In this document: piece by piece, positions 16,416 to 26,616 of the stretch | Layout of the letters: every line of letters starts with the position of its first letter | How positions within the stretch are numbered: the first letter of the stretch is position 1 | IMG/VR virus record: IMGVR_UViG_3300017991_000001 | Span: 124,001-188,000 of that record | DNA: 64,000 nucleotides | Direction: 5' to 3' (one strand) | Translations under genes and position numbers: made by a program | Notes under the pieces: model-generated | Told to the model about the DNA's origin: nothing | The model's database searches: none | Seen by the model: only the letters and a program-made list of their open reading frames with translations

Positions 16416-18252
16416 TTATGTCCCTCCCCTCCTGCCCGGCGTGGGGCCCCTGTCTTTTGAGAAGGCGGCGGTTGCCCCCTTGGTGGCGGCTGCCCTGCCC
16501 ACGGTCGGTAGAGTGGCGGGAGGGTGGCTTTTGCGGCGAGGGGGAGCAGCACTGCTTCGGCGGTTGGGGCAGCGAGTTATCCCTGCGCTGCGCAGGTTTT
16601 TTGGAAGAGGTACTTCAGCGGCACGTTCCGCTCTGCGTGCTGACATTACCCCCAGGAAAGCTTTTGAACGCATACCAGCACAAGTAAAGTTGCCGAAGCG
16701 TGATCCCATCACAGGCAAGAAAGCACCTCGTCACATGCGTGGTTGGCAGGATCGCTCCATGATTACAGAAGGTGTGGCACCTGGAACGCGTCCGCCTGCG
16801 GCGCCTGCCGCAGCGTCAGGGAAGCCGGGATTGGCTACACGTTTCGTTGACTGGGCCACGGGCCGCAAAAATGTGGACCCTTCCACGGGCAAAACACCTG
16901 GCGTGATGGGTCAGGCCATGAACGTGGGGGGCAAGGTATTGAACACCGCGCTCTACGGGAGCATAGGGGCTGACCTTTTGGGTTCACTGGGTTCGTTGTG
17001 GAAAGGCGGTTCGCCACCTGTAGCGTCCGGGTCTGCGGGACATCAAATGTGGAACTATCCCAAGACGGCCGAGCGTAGAGCTGCCTTCGAGGAGGGTGTG
17101 GACCGGTTTTGCAAGGAAGCCGACTTCGACGACGAGGACAAGCAAGCATTATACACGTTGATCGAAACAGCCGCTGAGTTGGAAAAGCGGGGCGTGGACA
17201 CTTGGGAGCTCCTTAAAAAGCCGGTTGTGGACCCTTTGGGCACGTGGATAGGCGTGGGGCATACTCTGCTGTCCGGGCTGGGAGGAATAGGTTCGGATAA
17301 GGGTATCTTAGGAGCAATGGAACACACGGGCAAGAAGTATATGAGAAGTGGACCAAATCCGTTCGAGAAAGGAATTTCAAGTATCTTTTGGGGCGACCCT
17401 GGCGCACGTGCTGAAAGTGCTGCCAAGAAAAATCAAACCCCCGAGCAGCGGGAACAGGCTTCTCGCAGGGATCAGGTTCGCGGCTTGAGCGAAGAGATCA
17501 TGAAGGACGAGGGGCTACGCGAAGACATTGAGAGGCGAGGGTTCAGGGAACTAAGGCGCTGGGCCAAATCCAGGAACGTGCCGTTGGGCGTGGCACGCGA
17601 CGCGCTGAAGGGTACGACTTCGGTGCATCCTCAACTCGCTGGTGCGCTAAAACAACCTACGAAGCCCGGTGTTACGCCCGGTTCACGGCTCATTGGTGTA
17701 CGAAGCGGAGCTAGGCAAACACAAGGTGGCTCCGTCCCACTCAGGCTGGGTCCAATGCCTGCGGCGAGGCCTCCGGCTTCAAATACACCTGGAGCGGCGC
17801 CCGCACCAACCGAACCCGCCACGGCGCCGGCGGCAAGTACATCCCCTTCTGCCGCCGAGGCGGCTTCATCGTTCAAGAACCAGGTGAACGCCCGGAACCC
17901 CGGCGCGAAGTGGCTCAACCTGAGCAAGGGCGAAGGTGCGATCCTGCCCGTGGATCAGTCGGCCGGCCCGAACCTGCAGCGCAGGGCCCAGACAAACGCC
18001 TTCTTCAACATGCAGCCGCAGCAGGGCAACGTGACCATGGCCCAGCGTGGCGGCACGGGCGTGGAGACGCTCACCCCGCGTACGCAGTCAAGCAACATGC
18101 CCTTCGCGGAGGGTACGGGTTCGCCGTCCACGGGCATGACCGACTTCAGCGACTGGATGAAGACCACCTACGGCGACACCAGTAAGATGACCGACCCCAG
18201 CAACATGATCTCTACGGGTGTGGACATGAAGACGCCCAAGCCGAACGTTTAG
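16402..18252 (+). CDS. Large mosaic putative virion protein
   Basis: Likely GTG start 16402 (track start 16375); FEKAA, PKTA, CKEA motifs; atypical codon usage over about 16450-17850. Confidence 0.6.
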   Translation: MIRPDYVPPLLPGVGPLSFEKAAVAPLVAAALPTVGRVAGGWLLRRGGAALLRRLGQRVIPALRRFFGRGTSAARSALRADITPRKAFERIPAQVKLPKRDPITGKKAPRHMRGWQDRSMITEGVAPGTRPPAAPAAASGKPGLATRFVDWATGRKNVDPSTGKTPGVMGQAMNVGGKVLNTALYGSIGADLLGSLGSLWKGGSPPVASGSAGHQMWNYPKTAERRAAFEEGVDRFCKEADFDDEDKQALYTLIETAAELEKRGVDTWELLKKPVVDPLGTWIGVGHTLLSGLGGIGSDKGILGAMEHTGKKYMRSGPNPFEKGISSIFWGDPGARAESAAKKNQTPEQREQASRRDQVRGLSEEIMKDEGLREDIERRGFRELRRWAKSRNVPLGVARDALKGTTSVHPQLAGALKQPTKPGVTPGSRLIGVRSGARQTQGGSVPLRLGPMPAARPPASNTPGAAPAPTEPATAPAASTSPSAAEAASSFKNQVNARNPGAKWLNLSKGEGAILPVDQSAGPNLQRRAQTNAFFNMQPQQGNVTMAQRGGTGVETLTPRTQSSNMPFAEGTGSPSTGMTDFSDWMKTTYGDTSKMTDPSNMISTGVDMKTPKPNV

Positions 18253-18261
18253 GGGTTGTGA

Positions 18262-20100
18262 ATGGAAACGACGGTTGGACAGCTCCTGCTGAACGAGGCC
18301 TTGCCCGAGGACATGCGCGACTACCGCCGTGTCATCGACAAGAAGTCCCTCGCGCCGCTGTTCACCGAACTGGCCGAGAAGCACCCCGACCACTACGCCG
18401 AGATCAACCAGCGCCTCCACACCCTGGCCGCCGACGCGGTGACGGGGCACGGCGGCGTGACCAGCCTCACGCTCGACTCGCTGCGCACGCCGCTGGGCAT
18501 CGAGCGCGCCCGCAAGGAACTGCAAAAGAAGATCGACAAGGTGCTGGACGGACCCGGCACCCAGGAACAGAAGAATGAAAGAATCGTGGGACTGATCTCC
18601 GACGCGCTGGAGCCCGTCACGCAGGAGAATTACAAAGAGAACCTGGCGGCCGACAACCCGCTGGCCGTGCAGGTTTCCTCCGGCAGCCGGGGCAACCCCG
18701 CCGGCCTGCGCTCCCTGACAGCAGGGGATCTGCTTTTCACGGACCACAAGGACCGCCCGATCCCGGTGCCGGTCCTTACGTCTTTCTCGGAAGGGTTGGA
18801 CCCCGTGCAGTACTGGGCCGGCGCGTACACGGCCCGCAAGGGCACCATCGCCACCAAGTTTGCCACCCCCAAGTCGGGGTTCCTGGGCAAGCAGCTCGCG
18901 GCGGCCTCCCACCGCCTGGTGGTCACCGAAAAGGATTGCGGCACGCCCAACGGCCTCGTGGTGGACGCTCACGACCCGGACAACGAGGGGGCCGTGCTGG
19001 CTTCGGACGCTGGCGCGTTCAAACGCGGCGAGGTGCTGGACCCCAATAACATGCGCAAGCTGAAGGACCAGATCGTGGTGCGTTCGCCCATGACCTGCCA
19101 GGCGGAGAACGGCATCTGCCAGCAGTGCGCCGGGGTGCGCGAGCGAGGCGGCTTCCCGCCTATCGGCGACAACGTCGGGATGGCCGCCGCACACGCCATC
19201 TCCGAACCCATCGGGCAGGGTCAGCTGAACGTCAAACACGGCGGCGGGAAGCTGAAAAAGCGCGACGAGGCCAAGACGGGCATCGACCTGATCAACCAAC
19301 TCGTGCAGGTTCCCAAGACTTTTGCCGGGGCTGCTGCGATATCAACCGTTGACGGTCGAGTCGAGCGGGTGGAGAATGCTCCACAAGGCGGCCAGTACAT
19401 TCGGATTGCGGGTACCGAACATTGGGTGCCGGCAGGCGAGGACCTGGTTGTCAAGCGTGGGGACAAGGTGGAGGCCGGGGACGTCCTTTCCAGCGGCATC
19501 CCGAACCCGGCCGAGATCACGCGCTTCAAGGGGATCGGGGAGGGCCGGCGGTACTTCATGGAGATGTTCCGCAAGACGCTGGAGGAGAACCGCTTCAAGG
19601 CGCACCGGCGCAACGTGGAACTGCTCTCCAGGGGCCTGATCAACCACGTCAGGGTGACGGATCTGGACGGACCGGCGGACACCCTGCCCGACGACGTGGC
19701 CGAGTACGACGACATCGTGCGCGGATATCAGGCCCGTTATGGCTCCAAAACGGTTGCCCCGAAGCGTGCCCTTGGGTTATACCTGGAACGTCCCGCACTG
19801 CACTATTCGATCGGGACGCGCGTCACGCCCCGCGTGGCCAAGAGTTTGCAGGACCACGGCGTAGAAAATGTGCTGGCCCATGCCGACGAACCAAGCTTCG
19901 TACCGGAGATGACACGGGCGATGGAAACCCTCTCACACTCCAGCGACTGGATGGTGCGATTGGGCGGTTTCCATTTGAAAAAGTCCTTAATGGGGGCGTT
20001 GCACCGTGGACGAGAGTCCAAGGAGCACGGCACCTCATTCATCCCTCCACTCGCGAAGGGCGTCGAGTTCGGCAAGCCAAAAGGCGACGTCGGATACTGA
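18262..20100 (+). CDS. RNA polymerase beta' C-terminal half
   Basis: SGSRGN, SFSEGL, bridge helix ARKGTIATKFATPKSGFLGKQL, Zn site KDCGT...RSPMTCQAENGICQQC, trigger loop AAAHAISEPIGQGQLNVKHGG. Confidence 0.93.
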   Translation: METTVGQLLLNEALPEDMRDYRRVIDKKSLAPLFTELAEKHPDHYAEINQRLHTLAADAVTGHGGVTSLTLDSLRTPLGIERARKELQKKIDKVLDGPGTQEQKNERIVGLISDALEPVTQENYKENLAADNPLAVQVSSGSRGNPAGLRSLTAGDLLFTDHKDRPIPVPVLTSFSEGLDPVQYWAGAYTARKGTIATKFATPKSGFLGKQLAAASHRLVVTEKDCGTPNGLVVDAHDPDNEGAVLASDAGAFKRGEVLDPNNMRKLKDQIVVRSPMTCQAENGICQQCAGVRERGGFPPIGDNVGMAAAHAISEPIGQGQLNVKHGGGKLKKRDEAKTGIDLINQLVQVPKTFAGAAAISTVDGRVERVENAPQGGQYIRIAGTEHWVPAGEDLVVKRGDKVEAGDVLSSGIPNPAEITRFKGIGEGRRYFMEMFRKTLEENRFKAHRRNVELLSRGLINHVRVTDLDGPADTLPDDVAEYDDIVRGYQARYGSKTVAPKRALGLYLERPALHYSIGTRVTPRVAKSLQDHGVENVLAHADEPSFVPEMTRAMETLSHSSDWMVRLGGFHLKKSLMGALHRGRESKEHGTSFIPPLAKGVEFGKPKGDVGY

Positions 20101-20110
20101 GGAGCAAGCG

Positions 20111-20602
20111 ATGTCGAGTGTCGAAGAGTTGACGAAGGAAGCCTCCGAGATGGGGCGCGCGAGCGCTGTGTCCCGTCTGGGTTACGCCGTGGGGTGCATC
20201 GAGGCGGCGATGCCCGATGACGCCTGCGTCGAGAAGGTGGCCCAGGTGATACGCGTGCCCAAGACCATGATCAAGGTGGCGATCGTGCTGAAGCGTGCCA
20301 GCCCGCTGCTCAAGGCATTGGGCGTCGGGGCCGCGCTGGCCGGCGGTTTGCCCATCCTGACGGGTCTGGGTCGCGGAGCGTCGCGTGGGCTGGAAAAGGC
20401 CGTCAGCCGCATTGGCGGGCCGTACTCCGACCTCCTGGGCGGCTCGTCCATGGGTGAGATCGGGGGCATGGCGCCCGACGAGATGAAGCGCGTCAACAAG
20501 CTCATCATGCGACAGGCCCTGCGGAACTACCAGATGCAGGGCATGCTGGAAAACCTGAGGTTCGCGAACACCCGTCCCCGAGGCGGCCTCTTCGGAGCGT
20601 AA
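20111..20602 (+). CDS. Putative virion protein with Gly-rich hydrophobic helix
   Basis: RBS GAGGAG; LTKEAS, VEKVA, LKRAS motifs. Confidence 0.6.
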   Translation: MSSVEELTKEASEMGRASAVSRLGYAVGCIEAAMPDDACVEKVAQVIRVPKTMIKVAIVLKRASPLLKALGVGAALAGGLPILTGLGRGASRGLEKAVSRIGGPYSDLLGGSSMGEIGGMAPDEMKRVNKLIMRQALRNYQMQGMLENLRFANTRPRGGLFGA

Positions 20603-20632
20603 CAACCCGCATAGATCAAGGAGCGCAGACGG

Positions 20633-23224
20633 ATGCCGGCGCCAAACGCATCAGAAAGCAACTTGGAGCGCACCTTTGCGGACGTGGCGTACGCCCGACT
20701 GCGCGACAAGGCTCCCTCCATGCTGGACTACCTGATCGGGTTCCAGCTCGTCGACAAGAACGAAGAGGAGACCCACGCGGTGGGGATCTTCGGGTTCAAG
20801 GTGGGATCAGAGTGGGTCTATGCCCCCGTGTTCTTCATCAACGGGGAGCTGAAGGGCCACGAGCTGATGTACATCAAGAGCCAGGACGCGTTCGTGCCGA
20901 TGACCGAGGAGTGGGTCAACTACATCCTCAACCGCAGGCCGTCCGTGCTGGGCGAGCCGGAGGAGCGGGAGCGCAACGAAATACCGCTGCGCCAGCCCGA
21001 CTTCGACGTGTTCGCCCGGAGTCCGTACATCGGCTCCAAGTTCGCGGCGCACACCCGGCCCAGCTTCAATCAGATCGTGGAGCGGATGGACCCGAACCTG
21101 CACGGGTTCATGCCCGTCTTCCACCCCGAGAACTGGCCCAACGGGAAGAAGTACGCGTCGCTGGGCACGCGCTTCACCGTGCCCGGAGCGCTCAAGGCGC
21201 TGGGCAAGCGGGCGATGCTCAACCTCGTGGCCTCTATGAAGGAGGACGAGAAGTTCGCCAACGCCGTATTGGGGTTCTACGACCTGAAGAATGACATCGC
21301 CGGCTTTGAGAAAGCGGCCAAGGCGGACAAGGACTCCGTCAACTACCAGGAGGACGCGGCCTTCTCGAAGTGTAGCGCCTGCAACAACTACACGGAGGGC
21401 GGCGGCTGCACCCAGGTCTCCGGTGACATCTCACCCAACGCGACCTGTTCCCTGTGGTCCGCCGCGACAGCCAAGCCGGTGGAACCCATCGAGCCGATCA
21501 AGGCCGGCTCCACCGACGCGGACAAAGGCCCGCATACGGAATCGACCGGCAAGGGCAAGAAGCCCAAGAACACCATCCCCGTGGACAAGCCCGTCACGCA
21601 GGAGGAGCAGGACGAGCACGGCCGCGAGGAGGACCTCCTCAACGACCTGCAGCCCGCCATGCCCCTCAAGGGCGCGGCCCTGGTGATCACGCAGGAGGAG
21701 GCCACGCAGTACGACCCCTACCTGACCGACACCGACCGCGAGGCGCTGATGCGGGAACGCTATCTGATCAAGGACGCCCGGCACGACGACGCGACCTCGC
21801 AGGTCTACTCTACCCAGGTCAACACGTCCGTGCAGGGACCGCGCGATCCGGGCCTGTACGACGTCTACAACCGCGACGGCGGCACGCGGAAGATGCTGAT
21901 CATCACCGCGCCGAAGCTCTTCTCGGCGTACGGTCGCCGGGACAAGAACGGCATGTGCGTGGTCGTGGACCTGGACCAGAAGGCCTACGGCAACTATTTC
22001 CCCGTCGACATCCTGACCCGCCAGCAGTATGGCTCCAGCGCCATGAAGAACCTGCTCAACAGTGGCACCGACCCGAAGAACATGAAGCCCGGGCAGACCG
22101 CCGTGCTTGTGGGCCCGGGGTGCAAAGGCACGTGCGTTTTCCAGGTGGACAACAAGCGCACCAACGGCGACGGGCAGGTGGAGTTCGACGTGTGGGGGCG
22201 GGACCACGACATGTCCTCCAACTCGCTGGTCAAGCGGCGCGACACCAACATCTCGGACGACGATTTCTCCGATTCGGTGCGCAGTCTGGTGATCACGGAC
22301 AAGGACGTGCCGGACATGCAGCAGGTCGGCGAGGCCCTGTACGTGCCGAAGGGGTTCAAGGCCATCGTGATCCGGGAGTCGGACAAGCTCAGGGACACCG
22401 TCTGTTGCCCCCCGCCGAAGTCCGCGCCGAAGTCCACGCTGGACCTGGGCAACATCAACGACTTCTGGCAGCAGCTGTGGAAGGCCGCCGGCGAGAAGAA
22501 GGGCCGGTACCGCCGCATGCGCATCCTGACCGACGGCATCACCTTCAAGACCGATCTCAACGGGACGCAGGGTCCGCCCCTGTCCAAGGTGGCCACCCTG
22601 AAGACCCTGGTCATGACCTACGGCCTGAACCAGAAGGATGCGGAACTGCTGGTCAAGCAGGCGCAGCCGCGCAAGGCTTGCAACTACATCGTAAAGCTGG
22701 CGCAAGGATACGGTGACGCGCCCGCGCCCGCCTACTTCCCGGAACCGGCTATGGGCAACGAAGGCGGCATCCCGGCCCCGATCCAGTACCCCCAGCACAA
22801 CCTGGAGAACCTGGGCCAGATCGATCCGTTCAACCGGGAGATGTACCGCGAGCACAACTACATCGACGAGGGCGCCAAGCGCTTCGCGGAGAACGCCTCC
22901 CAGCAGGGCCAGAAGGAGGTGCTCGACACCGCGGTGATCTCGGGCCTGGTGAAGACCATGGACTCGGACGCCGTCGTGGACAGCTACATCGGCGACCTGC
23001 TGTTGGGGCTGGACCGTATCGGGCGCATCCTGTTCATGTTCTACTGGCACAACGAGGCCTTCAAGGAGCGCTACGGCCAGCAGGACATGCCGGAGATGGA
23101 AGACAACCTTCGCAACGTCTTCAAGAACCTGGGCGAGCTGGCCCTGTTCCTGAAGCAGAAGACGATCGAGCCGGACGAAGCCGACAGTGGGGAGGCGGAA
23201 CTGACAAACGTCCTGGCATCATGA
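20633..23224 (+). CDS. Large putative head protein (863 aa) containing a HiPIP-like Cys4 motif
   Basis: RBS AAGGAG; several K-x-A motifs; NYQ...CSAC...C..VSGDI....CSLW at 21326-21457. Confidence 0.7.
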   Translation: MPAPNASESNLERTFADVAYARLRDKAPSMLDYLIGFQLVDKNEEETHAVGIFGFKVGSEWVYAPVFFINGELKGHELMYIKSQDAFVPMTEEWVNYILNRRPSVLGEPEERERNEIPLRQPDFDVFARSPYIGSKFAAHTRPSFNQIVERMDPNLHGFMPVFHPENWPNGKKYASLGTRFTVPGALKALGKRAMLNLVASMKEDEKFANAVLGFYDLKNDIAGFEKAAKADKDSVNYQEDAAFSKCSACNNYTEGGGCTQVSGDISPNATCSLWSAATAKPVEPIEPIKAGSTDADKGPHTESTGKGKKPKNTIPVDKPVTQEEQDEHGREEDLLNDLQPAMPLKGAALVITQEEATQYDPYLTDTDREALMRERYLIKDARHDDATSQVYSTQVNTSVQGPRDPGLYDVYNRDGGTRKMLIITAPKLFSAYGRRDKNGMCVVVDLDQKAYGNYFPVDILTRQQYGSSAMKNLLNSGTDPKNMKPGQTAVLVGPGCKGTCVFQVDNKRTNGDGQVEFDVWGRDHDMSSNSLVKRRDTNISDDDFSDSVRSLVITDKDVPDMQQVGEALYVPKGFKAIVIRESDKLRDTVCCPPPKSAPKSTLDLGNINDFWQQLWKAAGEKKGRYRRMRILTDGITFKTDLNGTQGPPLSKVATLKTLVMTYGLNQKDAELLVKQAQPRKACNYIVKLAQGYGDAPAPAYFPEPAMGNEGGIPAPIQYPQHNLENLGQIDPFNREMYREHNYIDEGAKRFAENASQQGQKEVLDTAVISGLVKTMDSDAVVDSYIGDLLLGLDRIGRILFMFYWHNEAFKERYGQQDMPEMEDNLRNVFKNLGELALFLKQKTIEPDEADSGEAELTNVLAS

Positions 23225-23225
23225 T

Positions 23226-24062
23226 ATGCAAAAAGCAGACCTTCAACTCCTCGAAGCCGCTCCTGACAAGGAGTGGCAGATGGTACAGGACGCGGTTACG
23301 AAGCGCCTCGAGCCGGGTCGCAGCCCCGAGCTGTCCCTGCGCCGGCGCTCCTACCGTTTCCTGCGCCGTTGGGTGAAGGCCTCCATCTGCGAAGCCGACA
23401 AGCTCAAGCGCGAATACCCCGACATCTACGTGGCCTACTGCCTGTACCTGAACCCGGCCAGCGTGCGCTGGATCATCGAGGCGGGGCTGCTGACCGACGT
23501 GTCGTACGAGGACATGGCCGAGTACGTGGGCAAGTCGGTCGACGTGCTCAAGACCTACGAGAAGCTCTTCTTCAACGTGCGCCACCGGCTGGACTCCAAG
23601 GGCGAGATCATGAACATGGTTCTGCTCCCCACGGTGGCCTCCGGCCTGGACGGCCGCGACTTCGACTTCCTCTACAAGACGCTGGCCTACTGCGCCGGCT
23701 GGAAGGCCCTGCAGGCGTTCATCGAGGTGGGCGAGATGGACGCCAACACCGAGGACTGGCTGCAGTCCTCGTTCCGTTCGCGCCTGAAGAAGCTGGGCTG
23801 GATTGCCGTGCACCGCGTCGAGGTCAACCAGTTCACGGCCATCGAGATCATCGACCGGTGCCTGGAACTGGTGCGTTTGGAGAAGGAGCACGGCACCGGA
23901 GCCGCCCAGGATCAGGCCTCCCAGCTGATGAAAGACTTGCTGGAGGGATCTTCGCTGACTATCATCTCTTCCAAGGCGAAGTTGTCGGCGAATGAACCGC
24001 GTGCACTGTTTGCCAAGGCCGGAACGTACGAGGGGCCTTTCGCGCTCCCACAGGAGACCTGA
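23226..24062 (+). CDS. Hypothetical protein, possible helix-turn-helix
   Basis: SYEDMAEYVGKSVDVLKTYE is HTH-like; typical codon usage. Confidence 0.6.
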   Translation: MQKADLQLLEAAPDKEWQMVQDAVTKRLEPGRSPELSLRRRSYRFLRRWVKASICEADKLKREYPDIYVAYCLYLNPASVRWIIEAGLLTDVSYEDMAEYVGKSVDVLKTYEKLFFNVRHRLDSKGEIMNMVLLPTVASGLDGRDFDFLYKTLAYCAGWKALQAFIEVGEMDANTEDWLQSSFRSRLKKLGWIAVHRVEVNQFTAIEIIDRCLELVRLEKEHGTGAAQDQASQLMKDLLEGSSLTIISSKAKLSANEPRALFAKAGTYEGPFALPQET

Positions 24063-24063
24063 G

Positions 24064-25452
24064 ATGGAAAAGCTCAGCAAGGAAAATGAACAGAAGGTCA
24101 TCGCCGCCATCGAGAGCGCGATCAAGCTGGCCAACGCCGGCTCCACGCCCAACGAGGCGCTGCGCAAGGTGGCCGAGGACAACAGCTTCACGCCGCCGCT
24201 GGTGCGCCGCATGGTCGAGGCCTTCAACGTTTCCAAGACGCTGGCGCACATGAAGCACGCTTCCGGCGAGGACCGCGTGAACTCCTTCCCGCTGGCCGAC
24301 GCCGGCGAGATCCTCAAGGAGATGTACCCGGAGAACCCGGTCGCGCCCGCCGACGAGAAGGCTGCCGAGTTCGAGCCGTCCTTCTACCGGTACCCCGAGC
24401 GTCACAACTACATGAAAGAGGCGGCCACGGAAGTCACGCTGCCGCCCCTGGTCGACAAGAAGGCCGAGGCGTACGGGCCCGACCCGGTCGTGGTGGCGCG
24501 CACGCGTGCGGACAGGTTGCAGGGGCTGAGCAAAAGGGCCGACAACAGGCGCTCGGTGTACCGCCAGAAGATCTGGGAGCTGAACAGTCTGGTGAAGGAG
24601 GGGGGCGCCTATTTCAGGCAGCTCTACCACACCCCGTTTGCCGAGGTCGAACGCAACATGGTCGGCGAGTACGGGGCCATGGGCAAGACGCTCATGGACA
24701 TGATCTACAAGGAGGGCCGGCTCAAGGAATCGCGCTACGCCGAGGACGCGCCCGTGCGGCAGTGGCTGTTCGACTCCAAGGCCGAACCTTACACCCACCT
24801 GACCATGGCGCTGAAGGTCGCGTCCGACTCCGTGAAGCTGGTGAAGGAGGCAGCACGGGCCCAGCTCGAGCACGAGAAGTTCGCACGGGAGTGCGGCTAT
24901 CCGCTGCCCGTCGACGACGAGGAGGAGGGTGAGGTCAAGGAGGCGCTTCTTGATGAAGTGCTGCACGAGCACCACACCCCCTTCGAGGAGAACGCGCTCG
25001 CGCCGGCCTCGGAGGTGGCCGAGGACCCTTTTGAGAAAGACGCCGTCCTTCCGGGTCTGCCGGAGACGGCTTTGGCTTCCGGCGCCATGAGCATCCTGGG
25101 CCTGAAGGAGACGGACGAGAAGGACAGGCAGCAGGCGCTCAGCGAGGCGCTGGACCCCGTGCATGAGTCGAAGCTCAGGTCCATCTCCACGCAGGCCATG
25201 CTGTCCGACTTCATGTCCAACGACCCGATCATCAGCTCCTACTCGCAGGACGACGTCGTGAACGCCTACAACCAGCTGGCGCAGCTGGCACCGTCCGTGT
25301 CGCAGCAGCCCGCGGTGGCGCGCGGCATGCTACGGCGGCTGCTGCAGTCCGAGAGCATCGTGGAACCGCACGAGGCCGGACAGCTGACGGACGTGGAGAC
25401 GAAGCTGAGGAAGGGCACACCGGGTATCGCGGAAGTCCCTCCACGCGTTTGA
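24064..25452 (+). CDS. Putative internal head protein rich in K-x-A motifs
   Basis: RBS GGAGA; IKLA, RKVA, EKAA, MKEAA, VKEAA, VKEA, EKDA. Confidence 0.65.
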   Translation: MEKLSKENEQKVIAAIESAIKLANAGSTPNEALRKVAEDNSFTPPLVRRMVEAFNVSKTLAHMKHASGEDRVNSFPLADAGEILKEMYPENPVAPADEKAAEFEPSFYRYPERHNYMKEAATEVTLPPLVDKKAEAYGPDPVVVARTRADRLQGLSKRADNRRSVYRQKIWELNSLVKEGGAYFRQLYHTPFAEVERNMVGEYGAMGKTLMDMIYKEGRLKESRYAEDAPVRQWLFDSKAEPYTHLTMALKVASDSVKLVKEAARAQLEHEKFARECGYPLPVDDEEEGEVKEALLDEVLHEHHTPFEENALAPASEVAEDPFEKDAVLPGLPETALASGAMSILGLKETDEKDRQQALSEALDPVHESKLRSISTQAMLSDFMSNDPIISSYSQDDVVNAYNQLAQLAPSVSQQPAVARGMLRRLLQSESIVEPHEAGQLTDVETKLRKGTPGIAEVPPRV

Positions 25453-25464
25453 TCGGAGCCTGAC

Positions 25465-26616
25465 ATGGAGCTGTCCCAAGAACTCGCCGTGACCTGTGTG
25501 GCCGTCAAGGAGGCTTCCGAGAAGGAGGCCATGCCTGGCGTGCCCGCCGCGCTGCCCATGAGCAATGCCCTGGCAGCCCCCGCCAAGAGCATGGCCGGCC
25601 AGGCAACGCAGATGGCCAACCAGCGCGTGGCGCAGGGGCAGGCCACCGAGCGTCAGCAGATCAACGATAAGGAACAACAGGGGCAAGTCCAGACGGCCAG
25701 CCCCATGACCAAGAACATTGCCCCCATCCGTCCCGCGAACATCGGCCAGCCCCTCATACGGCAGGGGTATCAGCCACCCGTGGTGCGCAATACCTGGTCA
25801 CCGCCGGTGCCCGTCAAGGCGGCAGCCGACCCCGACCTGACCCAGCTGCGCGCGAAGTTCGAGTCCATGGAAGCCAGGGAACGCCTGCTGCGTCGGCACG
25901 CGCAGAAGTGGGAGGAGTTGTCGGCTGCACGCGCGGCGCGCGAGGAGCCCAGCGCCGTGTCCACGGCGTTACAGCGCATGGCTCCGGTACCGCACACGAT
26001 GGGCGAGGCGGCCGTGCGTGCTCCGCTGGCGGCCCTTTCCGGGTACGGCGGATATAGAATGGGCGCCAAGTTGGAGCCGGCCGACGTGGAGGAACTGCAG
26101 CGCGTGCTGGGCGCTTCCCGCGCCAAGGGCGAGGGGCTGCGCCCGATCGAGCGCAACCTGTCCGACCTGGTCGGTGAGCAACGGGCAAAGAGACTGGCCA
26201 AGGCGTTGCGCCAGGCGGACCCGACCGTGACCGCGCAAGCGCTCAGGGAGGCGGACATCACCGCGCCTGGTGAAGACGTCGCCAAGCTGCGTAAGCGTAT
26301 GGGGAAGGCGGTGAAAGGTTCCAAGGGCAAGGCGTTGCGCGGCCTAGCCGGGCGCGCCCGCATCAAGTCCGAGATTTCCAACTTGTTTCGCCAGGGGCAG
26401 AGCCAGCCGCTTGTACCCAAGATGAGACCCTGGCGCATCGGCGGGGCGCTGGGCGGCCTGGCGCTGGGCGGACTGCTGTCCGGCATCCCGTACGCGGCAC
26501 ACGCTCTGTACCGCAAGGGCGAGGGCGGCGAGGCGGCCTACCGCGCCGCGCAGCGGGCGAAGGAACTTACCGAGGAGGCTGAGCGCGTCTCCGCTGAAAG
26601 GGAGGCGCTGCTGTGA
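25465..26616 (+). CDS. Putative virion protein with C-terminal Gly-zipper helix
   Basis: VKEASEKEA, VKAAA; IGGALGGLALGGLLSGIPY. Confidence 0.6.
   Translation: MELSQELAVTCVAVKEASEKEAMPGVPAALPMSNALAAPAKSMAGQATQMANQRVAQGQATERQQINDKEQQGQVQTASPMTKNIAPIRPANIGQPLIRQGYQPPVVRNTWSPPVPVKAAADPDLTQLRAKFESMEARERLLRRHAQKWEELSAARAAREEPSAVSTALQRMAPVPHTMGEAAVRAPLAALSGYGGYRMGAKLEPADVEELQRVLGASRAKGEGLRPIERNLSDLVGEQRAKRLAKALRQADPTVTAQALREADITAPGEDVAKLRKRMGKAVKGSKGKALRGLAGRARIKSEISNLFRQGQSQPLVPKMRPWRIGGALGGLALGGLLSGIPYAAHALYRKGEGGEAAYRAAQRAKELTEEAERVSAEREALL

Noticed and set aside
7572-20100. Cellular rpoBC operon or eukaryotic giant virus origin (RNAP plus SET domain)
   Set aside because: Embedded among capsid, sheath and baseplate genes with Shine-Dalgarno sites and a sigma70 factor; no ribosomal-protein neighbours; rpoB/rpoC symbols withheld
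20633-24062. Portal and small terminase assignments for the 863-aa and 278-aa ORFs
   Set aside because: Position is suggestive but I recognise no diagnostic motifs; needs profile or structure search
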